From: Cyanobacteria bacterium J06626_4
GTDB taxonomy: Bacteria > Cyanobacteriota > Cyanobacteriia > Phormidesmidales > Phormidesmidaceae
Assembly (NCBI GenBank): GCA_038523235.1
Contig: JBCBJQ010000001.1
Coordinates: 32,001 to 96,000 of the forward strand
Reading direction: 5' to 3'
DNA: 64,000 bases
The notes beneath the pieces were generated by a model that was given only the letters and a program-made list of their open reading frames with translations, had not been told where the DNA came from and ran no database searches. Shown here piece by piece: positions 56,996 through 64,000 of the stretch (its first letter is position 1; every line of letters starts with the position of its first letter). The position numbers were made by a program, and so were the translations under genes.

Positions 56996-57802
56996 TCAGG
57001 CAGCGGTTTGGGCGGGCGTTGCTGATGGTGAGTTGGGCAACAAATTCAACGCTTTAAAACATTGAGCCAAGTCAACATCCCGCTCAATGAGACAGGCGTG
57101 GCCACTCTCAGGCAGGGGATAAACAGCGGCATTGGGTAAATGTCGCTGGAGCAGTGCCGCTTCTTGCTGAGAGGGCAACAGATGGTCACGACCACTCGCC
57201 AACAGCGTCGTTGGGGTGGCGAGCTGCTGTAACCGCTCCGTGGCAATTTCAAACTGATGCAACATCTCTAATCGCCACATGACACAGGCTTGAGAAATGG
57301 GGCGAACGGTTTTGATAAACAGCTCTTGCTGGGTTTTCTCGATGCGATCGAAGTTGGCGATCACCGATAGCGCGAATGCGCCCGACAGGTTAAACAACCA
57401 CTCAGGAACGAAGGCCGCCGTTTGGGCCATTCCGCGTAGCCAGAAATGTCGCCGTAACGCCGAGGCTGGATTAATCATGACGAGTTGACTGAGCAATTCC
57501 GGTGCTGTCAAGGCCACTTGCAGGGCTAAGCACCCCCCAAAAGATTCGCCACAAAGATAGGTCGGGCGATCGCCCTGCGCGTGATAGACCAATTCAACGA
57601 CTGATCCCGCTAGACTTTCCCATCCCTGCCGATTGCTTTCAGGAATTTTGAGGCATCGAATATCAAAGTAGGGGGATAGCACTCGCACCTGTTCGCCAAA
57701 CAGCTTGCCCGTACCATCCAAACCCGGTAGAAGCACAATCAGCGGCTTCTCCGGCTGAGGAAAAATCGGGGCAAACAGGACAGGCGATGACGATGCTGAC
57801 AT
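56996..57802 (-). CDS. Alpha/beta fold hydrolase
   Basis: LPGLDGTG, GESFGG nucleophile elbow, INPAS, D.LLPS, SGHACL. Confidence 0.88.
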   Translation of the reverse strand: MSASSSPVLFAPIFPQPEKPLIVLLPGLDGTGKLFGEQVRVLSPYFDIRCLKIPESNRQGWESLAGSVVELVYHAQGDRPTYLCGESFGGCLALQVALTAPELLSQLVMINPASALRRHFWLRGMAQTAAFVPEWLFNLSGAFALSVIANFDRIEKTQQELFIKTVRPISQACVMWRLEMLHQFEIATERLQQLATPTTLLASGRDHLLPSQQEAALLQRHLPNAAVYPLPESGHACLIERDVDLAQCFKALNLLPNSPSATPAQTAA

Positions 57803-57828
57803 AGCGATATGGCTCTCAGAAGATCCGA

Positions 57829-58563
57829 TTATTTCTGTAACAAGGCGCTGACAGCCCCCCAACAGTCATCCGCGAGCTGCTGGGCACAGTCGGCAGCGTG
57901 ACGACCTTGATAGCGTTCGCGATCGGCCGGCATGACCCAGATCGGCTCACCAATTTTGACTTCCACCTCGCGGTAAAACACCACCGGATGGCCGCCCCCC
58001 TGCTGAAACAAAGGTTCACTGGGATCAAACCACCCCAATAAGCTCAGCGGCACCAGCGACTCGAAACCGACCTCGTCGGAAGCAATCGCCACGGGGAGTA
58101 GCGCTAGCGGCCCCACAGGGACACGCAGCGCCAAATGAGCAAAGCCGCGCTGAAAGGGGTTAACCAAGCGGGGCGATTGGAGTTGCACCATGGGTTGTGC
58201 ACCTTCGGGAAAGATGCCGATCGCCTCCCCGCGCCGTAAACGCTGACACCCCTGCCGAAACAACCGCCGGGGTGACTCTAAAGGAAACGCCCCAAACTGA
58301 TGAACGACATCTTTTAAGAGGGGCACATGCTCCATGTACTGGTGGCAGACAAAGGCCACGGTGCGATCAAGCCCGGCCATGAGTACGGGGGCATCCAGGG
58401 GACTGCGGTGATTGCTGACAACTAACAGGGGGGCATTCGCCGGAATCCGGTTGCGCCCCGAAACGCGCAGCTTAATGCCCATCAACTGCAGAGCGCTCCG
58501 GGAAAGTTCGAGGGGGTCGGCATCTTCAAAGAAGGGGATCGGCAAAGGCGGCAAGGCTGTCAT
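57829..58563 (-). CDS. Lysophospholipid/glycerol acyltransferase family protein
   Basis: NHRSPLD (HX4D), IFPEG, GFAHLA, LLPVAI. Confidence 0.87.
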   Translation of the reverse strand: MTALPPLPIPFFEDADPLELSRSALQLMGIKLRVSGRNRIPANAPLLVVSNHRSPLDAPVLMAGLDRTVAFVCHQYMEHVPLLKDVVHQFGAFPLESPRRLFRQGCQRLRRGEAIGIFPEGAQPMVQLQSPRLVNPFQRGFAHLALRVPVGPLALLPVAIASDEVGFESLVPLSLLGWFDPSEPLFQQGGGHPVVFYREVEVKIGEPIWVMPADRERYQGRHAADCAQQLADDCWGAVSALLQK

Positions 58564-58935
58564 CAAATGTAATCAATCTGAATGGTCTTTACATTCCTTA
58601 ATGTACCAAGTTTGGCGCTGATCTTTCCATATCGGAGGACAGATCCGCTCCGACTCGCCATCGTTCATGGCCCCACCGGTGAGCTGGGATAGAGGGGAGG
58701 GTCGGCTCAGATGTTTCGTCTGAGGACATCGGCCAGAGCCGCGAGCGATGGACGGGAACCAAAAGATTAGACACCGCATTTTTATGGTTTTGCACTGGCC
58801 TGCGATCGCCCCCCAATCTCACCCACCCTAATGCCCTCTGAATCGCTGCACGGCAATCCAGACCAGCTTTGTGATTAAGCCTCTGCGGTATTATTGACAG
58901 AATCATTCAGATAGTTTTCTCAACTCAAGTGATTT

Positions 58936-60537
58936 ATGGATTCTGCTGGTAATCCGGTCAAGACGTTTGCCGTCACAACGCCGCTCTACTATGTCAACGC
59001 CCTGCCCCACGTTGGCAGCGCTTATACGACGATCGCCGCCGATGCGCTGGCGCGCTTTCATCGGCTTTTGGGGCAGCCTGTTTTGATGATCACCGGCACC
59101 GATGAGCACGGCCAAAAAATTCAGCGCACGGCCGAAGCGCGAGGCCTGGAACCGCAAGCCCACTGCGATGAAATTGTGGCCGGGTTTTATACGCTGTGGG
59201 AGCGCTTAAACATTGCCTACGATCGCTTCAGCCGCACCACTGCGCCGCGCCATGCCGCGATCGTGCAGGAGTTTTATCAGCGCGTTTGGCAAAGTGGCGA
59301 TATCTACGAAGGGCGACAGCAAGGTTGGTATTGCGTGGCCTGTGAGGAATTCAAAGAAGAACGCGAGCTGTTGCCAGGTAAACGATGTCCCATTCACACG
59401 AACAAACCAGTGGAATGGCGAGATGAACACAACTATTTTTTCAAGCTGTCTAACTACCAAGAAAAGCTCTCGGCGCTCTATGCTGAACAGCCTGAGTTTA
59501 TTCAACCCGTCACTCGCCGTAATGAAGTGCTGAATTTTGTCGACAGCGGCCTGCAAGATTTTTCAATTTCTCGCATCAATTTGGACTGGGGATTTCCGGT
59601 ACCGACGGCGCCAGAGCAAACTCTGTATGTCTGGTTTGACGCCCTGTTGGGCTACGTCACGGCGCTACTAGATGAAGCCGATGACCCGACTTTAGAAAAT
59701 GCTTTGCGCCAGTGGTGGCCGATCAACATTCATCTGATTGGCAAGGATATTTTGCGGTTCCATGCGGTTTATTGGCCCGCCATGCTGATGTCGGCTGGGT
59801 TGCCGCTGCCCGATCGCGTTTTTGGCCACGGTTTTTTAACGAAAGATGGCCAAAAAATGGGCAAAAGCCTAGGCAACACGCTCGATCCGCTTGCCCTCGT
59901 CAATCAATATGGCGCCGATGCGGTGCGATTCTATTTCTTAAAAGAAATTGAATTTGGTCGAGATGGTGATTTCAGCGAAACCCGGTTTGTAAACGTTCTC
60001 AACGCAGACTTGGCGAATGATTTAGGGAATCTGCTAAATCGCACACTTAAAATGGCAAGCCGCTATTGTGGAGGCAAGATTCCTAAAATCTCGATGAATG
60101 CGTTTACCGATCATCATCCTTTAGCAGAGAGAGGGGCAAACCTGGCCGAACAGGTGCGGCAAGCCTATGAAAATTTAGCCTTTAGCGAGGCTTGTGAAGC
60201 CGTTTTAAGTCTGGTGCGCGCAAGCAACAAGTATCTGGATGAAACGGCCCCTTGGACACTGTTTAAACAGGGTCAGCAAGCAGAAACTGAAATTGTTCTC
60301 TACGCAGTCTTAGAATCGGTGCGGCTATCGGGGTATCTGCTGGCACCGATTGTCCCTGGGCTGGCCACCGCGATCTATACGCAGCTTGGCTTTGCCACCA
60401 ATTTTGACCAACGCGACATTGGTCAGCAACTCCCCTTTAAACAGCATAGCGTCTGGGGCACGCTACCTGGGGATCAGTCGTTAGGCAAAGCCAGTCCGAT
60501 TTTTCAACGCATCGAGATCCCGGCTGAAGTCCCCTAG
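58936..60537 (+). CDS. metG: Methionine--tRNA ligase
   Basis: TTPLYYVN..PHVGSAY, GTDEHG, YVWFDAL, GKDILRFH, KMGKS. Confidence 0.97.
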   Translation: MDSAGNPVKTFAVTTPLYYVNALPHVGSAYTTIAADALARFHRLLGQPVLMITGTDEHGQKIQRTAEARGLEPQAHCDEIVAGFYTLWERLNIAYDRFSRTTAPRHAAIVQEFYQRVWQSGDIYEGRQQGWYCVACEEFKEERELLPGKRCPIHTNKPVEWRDEHNYFFKLSNYQEKLSALYAEQPEFIQPVTRRNEVLNFVDSGLQDFSISRINLDWGFPVPTAPEQTLYVWFDALLGYVTALLDEADDPTLENALRQWWPINIHLIGKDILRFHAVYWPAMLMSAGLPLPDRVFGHGFLTKDGQKMGKSLGNTLDPLALVNQYGADAVRFYFLKEIEFGRDGDFSETRFVNVLNADLANDLGNLLNRTLKMASRYCGGKIPKISMNAFTDHHPLAERGANLAEQVRQAYENLAFSEACEAVLSLVRASNKYLDETAPWTLFKQGQQAETEIVLYAVLESVRLSGYLLAPIVPGLATAIYTQLGFATNFDQRDIGQQLPFKQHSVWGTLPGDQSLGKASPIFQRIEIPAEVP

Positions 60538-60648
60538 GCGGCGGCCATTGAGGGGGGCGATCGACCAAACGCTGCTTCAACACGCAACGATTCATCCATC
60601 TTCCATCTCTAGATTCATCGCTTTATAACAAAACGGAATTACATCACC

Positions 60649-61269
60649 ATGCTGAACAACCACGACATGCTGAGTGAGGATCCGATCTTCACTCCTGAAC
60701 AAGTACTAGAAAACCGAGGCCGGGTGGCTATCTTTATTGATGGGTCTAACCTGTTTTATGCCGCCCTTCAGCTGGGCATCGAAATTGATTACACGAAACT
60801 GCTGTGTCGGTTGACCGGCGGCTCTCGGCTGTTTCGCTCTTTCTTCTATACGGGCGTTGATCGCACTAATGAAAAGCAGCAGGGTTTTTTGCTGTGGATG
60901 CGCCGCAACGGCTACCGCGTCATTGCGAAAGACCTCGTACAGCTCCCCGACGGCTCTAAAAAAGCGAACCTCGATGTCGAAATTGCGGTCGATATGATGG
61001 CACTGGTCGATTTTTACGACACAGCGGTGTTGGTGAGTGGTGATGGCGACTTGGCCTATGCCGTGGATGCGGCCAGCTATCGAGGCGCGCGGGTTGAGGT
61101 GGTAAGCCTACGCTCGATGACCAGTGATAGTCTCATCAACGTGTCTGACCGCTATATTGACCTTGAGCAGATTAAAGATGAGGTCAAGAAGCTGCCGCGC
61201 CAGGGCGCCTATACTTACCGCCCGCTGGCCGTTCCGGAAGAAGAAGTAAACACTCAGGCTTCGTCTTAA
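60649..61269 (+). CDS. NYN domain protein (LabA/DUF88 family)
   Basis: IFIDGSN, KANLDVEIAVD, SGDGD, DRYIDL. Confidence 0.88.
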   Translation: MLNNHDMLSEDPIFTPEQVLENRGRVAIFIDGSNLFYAALQLGIEIDYTKLLCRLTGGSRLFRSFFYTGVDRTNEKQQGFLLWMRRNGYRVIAKDLVQLPDGSKKANLDVEIAVDMMALVDFYDTAVLVSGDGDLAYAVDAASYRGARVEVVSLRSMTSDSLINVSDRYIDLEQIKDEVKKLPRQGAYTYRPLAVPEEEVNTQASS

Positions 61270-61302
61270 TCGCCTACTGTCTAGTTCCTTATCGGCTTCA
61301 AC

Positions 61303-62457
61303 ATGAAACGTCCCTATTGGTGGCTGGCGGGCGCAGTGGCACTGTTTGTGGCGATCGCGACGGGGTTACGCACTTGTAGCGATCCCGGTGTTCGCGTCGA
61401 AGATTCGTCGGGTGAAACTGCGGACATCGTGCCGGGTCTTACCTTGAGAGACGTCACCCTAGAACAGCAAGACGATGATGGTGACCTGCTGTGGAAGGTC
61501 GATGCTGAAGAGGTAACCTACAGTTCTGATCAAGAGGTGGCCGATCTAGTCAGACCGGAAGGGGAGCTGTATCAAGATGGTCAGCTGCTCTATCGCGTCA
61601 AAGCCGATACCGGCACCATTCGCGAAAATGGCCAGGTCATCTTTTTGGAAGGCAATATCGTCGCGACCGGGGAGCAAAATCAGATGGTCATTTATGGCCA
61701 AAATCTGGAGTGGCGACCCGAAGCAGACGTCATGATCGTGCGCAATGGTCTGACGGGCAATCATCCCCAAATTCGCGCCCAGGCAAACGAAGCTCGCATC
61801 TATGACATCGAAAGTCGCATGGAACTTGAAGGGGAAGTGGTTGCCACCACGGTGGTTGACGATCCCCAGGTTGATCCCTGGCTGAAGCTGCAGGGCGAAA
61901 CGGTGCTGTGGCAGTGGGATGAAGAAACCTTGGCGAGCGATCTCCCCCTGCGCATAGAACAGTTTGAAAATGCCAAAGTGACCCAGGTATTTGCCGGACA
62001 ACGCGGTCTGGTGGAACTTTCAGAAGACCGGGTCACGCTTGAAGAATCGGTTAAAGCGCAGCTGCTCGACGTGCCGATGGAGCTGACCACCGATAAAGCT
62101 ATTTGGGAGGTTGAGGCGCAGCGGGTGCAAGCAGTATCGTCCGTCCGGGTGGTGGAGCCAGAACAGCAGCTGACGATCACTTCCCAGCAGGGTGAGTTTG
62201 ATCTGGCTGAGCAAATTGCCTATTTCTCTCGTGATGTTTTGGCGCTAGCCGCCAAAAACAATGGCCGCCTTACCTCTGATCGTCTGCGCTGGAATCTCGA
62301 AGATCAAACGGTGTTTGCCGAAGGTGCCGTCAACTATCAGCAAACAGACCCGCAGCTCAATGTGCGTGGCCCCCAAGCCCGAGGCCGGATTGAATCGCAG
62401 ACAGTGCTCATGGATGGGGGGCGGGTCACCACCGAAATCATCCCGGATAACAATTAG
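61303..62457 (+). CDS. lptC: LPS export ABC transporter periplasmic protein LptC-like
   Basis: N-terminal anchor and beta-jellyroll-like repeats, in the metG-NYN-lptC arrangement recalled from other cyanobacteria. Confidence 0.75.
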   Translation: MKRPYWWLAGAVALFVAIATGLRTCSDPGVRVEDSSGETADIVPGLTLRDVTLEQQDDDGDLLWKVDAEEVTYSSDQEVADLVRPEGELYQDGQLLYRVKADTGTIRENGQVIFLEGNIVATGEQNQMVIYGQNLEWRPEADVMIVRNGLTGNHPQIRAQANEARIYDIESRMELEGEVVATTVVDDPQVDPWLKLQGETVLWQWDEETLASDLPLRIEQFENAKVTQVFAGQRGLVELSEDRVTLEESVKAQLLDVPMELTTDKAIWEVEAQRVQAVSSVRVVEPEQQLTITSQQGEFDLAEQIAYFSRDVLALAAKNNGRLTSDRLRWNLEDQTVFAEGAVNYQQTDPQLNVRGPQARGRIESQTVLMDGGRVTTEIIPDNN

Positions 62458-62500
62458 CCCTCGCGACGTCAAAGGCTTGGCATCAGCGTGACGAGCCGCA

Positions 62501-63007
62501 TTACCGAAGCGCCTGTCGCCAGTGGTGTTTCATCAATCGCAGATGTTTGAGCCACAGCTCAGCCGGTTTGCCATAAAAGGCAAAGATATCGCCAAAGGCT
62601 CGGTTGGCATAGCGGTGATGAATTAAATGCCGCTCTGGAGTCGTAATGCCCAGAGTCTTGCAAATCGCCCTGAGCCACTGAGGCGTGTAATAACGAGGCG
62701 AAAACTGGTGTCTCCAGATGACATGGAGCTCAGCTAGAATCAGGCCCACAGCGACTCCCCCAGGGGAAACTCGCCAGAGCAGGGGAATGAAGACGAAGTA
62801 GGGAAAGGCACTGAAAAACCCATCGATTAAGGCGATGGGCTGGCGATTTTTAATGGCATAGCGAATGAAGCTACGCTTTGGGCTATGGTGAACAATACTG
62901 TGAAACTTGCCAAACACATGTTCCGGAACGTGGTAACAAAACGTTGCTACAAAATCACCCAGCAGCAGCAGCAGACTAGCTGTCGCGAGCAGCCGAATCA
63001 GGCCCAT
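62501..63007 (-). CDS. Sterol desaturase / fatty acid hydroxylase family protein
   Basis: His boxes YH..EH, H..VHH, H..WRH, H..HH. Confidence 0.75.
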   Translation of the reverse strand: MGLIRLLATASLLLLLGDFVATFCYHVPEHVFGKFHSIVHHSPKRSFIRYAIKNRQPIALIDGFFSAFPYFVFIPLLWRVSPGGVAVGLILAELHVIWRHQFSPRYYTPQWLRAICKTLGITTPERHLIHHRYANRAFGDIFAFYGKPAELWLKHLRLMKHHWRQALR

Positions 63008-63334
63008 GATTTTCTCCCCACTTTCACACAGTCTTGAGGAACGGTATCAGGCAAATGTTAACGGGCACTTAACACCCGATTTAGAGGCGGTTTAAGTCAC
63101 GTTACTGGTTAAGGAAAGTCAGTTTTCATCATGCTCAAGGGGATGGTTGGGCAGGTTCTTAACCCGCAGGGGAAGGGGCAAAACCGAGTCGATTAAGGCC
63201 GTTTTAGTAGGGAGCGGCTGGATACTCAACTTTCGGGCTGTCGGTCGATCTCAAGTTTGACTTGTGTTAAGGAGTTCTCTCTCATCACACGCCCGTAGCC
63301 CTTCTTTTGCTACAACCATCTAGCAAGGAATTCG

Positions 63335-64000
63335 ATGACAACCCCCATGTACACCCTCAGTCCGTTTACTTGCGCTCGTTTGCAGCGTCTTCCCAAACAG
63401 CCGGTCGTTTGGGAAGGCGATCGCCGACCGATTTCCGAGGGCATGCTCGACGCGTTTGGCTATGACAGTAGCGCGCCCGATGAAGAGGACGAGGCCAGCG
63501 ACTGTATTCTTTGGGTTGACGGTACGGAAGGGGCGTTGCGAGCAGTGACGATCATTCCGGCGGATACGGGACATGAGGCCGTTGCCCGCACCTTGTTACA
63601 CGCGATGGAGCATCCCCAAGGGGCGATCGCCCCAGCGCGACCTCACAAAATTGTGGTGTGCGATCGCGAGATTCACTTTTTCCTGCGAGGCGCGCTGCAA
63701 GACCTGGATGTGACCGTTGACTACGCCGAAACGCTGCCCGTCATTGATGAGATTTTTGACAGTCTACAGCAGCAAGACGATTCGATTGAATCGGAACTCC
63801 CCGAAGCGTTTCAGCAGGCCCTCAATCATCAGGCTCATCGCCTTTGGGAAAATGCGCCCTGGAACAATCTGGCCGACGATCAAATCATTAAAGTTGAGCT
63901 GAACCAGTGGAACCTTGGCACCCTCTACATTTCAGTGTTGGGCATGGCAGGTCTCGAATATGGCTTGCTGCTATATCGCTCGTTGGAATCGCTGACTCAA
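63335..64000 (+). CDS. Conserved cyanobacterial protein (DUF6930-like), truncated by the window end
   Basis: Open frame from ATG 63335 (MTTPMYTLSPFTCARLQRLPKQPVVWEGDRR...CILWVDG...) to the window edge; family name recalled. Confidence 0.7.
   Translation, partial: MTTPMYTLSPFTCARLQRLPKQPVVWEGDRRPISEGMLDAFGYDSSAPDEEDEASDCILWVDGTEGALRAVTIIPADTGHEAVARTLLHAMEHPQGAIAPARPHKIVVCDREIHFFLRGALQDLDVTVDYAETLPVIDEIFDSLQQQDDSIESELPEAFQQALNHQAHRLWENAPWNNLADDQIIKVELNQWNLGTLYISVLGMAGLEYGLLLYRSLESLTQ

Overview
Cyanobacterial chromosome segment, mostly core genome: psaC, FurC/PerR, a CyaB1-type adenylate cyclase and dense HIP1 (GCGATCGC) sites. A Leptolyngbya-like filamentous strain is my inference only. About 50 CDS are supported, covering nitrogen/amino-acid metabolism (5-oxoprolinase, DUF1445, AsnB-like, DUF1028, avtA), lipid genes (plsC, fabD, acpP, fabF, a second acyltransferase with a hydrolase), tkt, gpmA, glgA, pyrD, lysS, metG, rimM, scpB, an SNF2 helicase, signalling proteins, metal homeostasis (ferritin, ZIP, MgtE) and envelope proteins. 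I saw no rRNA, tRNA, CRISPR array or transposase, and no unmistakable novel multi-gene system. Best leads: (1) a 5-oxoprolinase plus D-glutamate-cyclase-like pair behind an NtcA-like promoter; (2) a divergent DUF1028/AsnB pair with a 142-bp MITE in front of asnB; (3) an acyltransferase plus hydrolase pair resembling a split plant ELT/PES enzyme; (4) a multi-GAF probable pseudokinase; (5) an unannotated 39-aa membrane ORF; (6) an orphan AT-rich SMI1/KNR4 gene; (7) several non-coding inverted-repeat elements. Family assignments come from recognising motifs by eye; no database searches were run.
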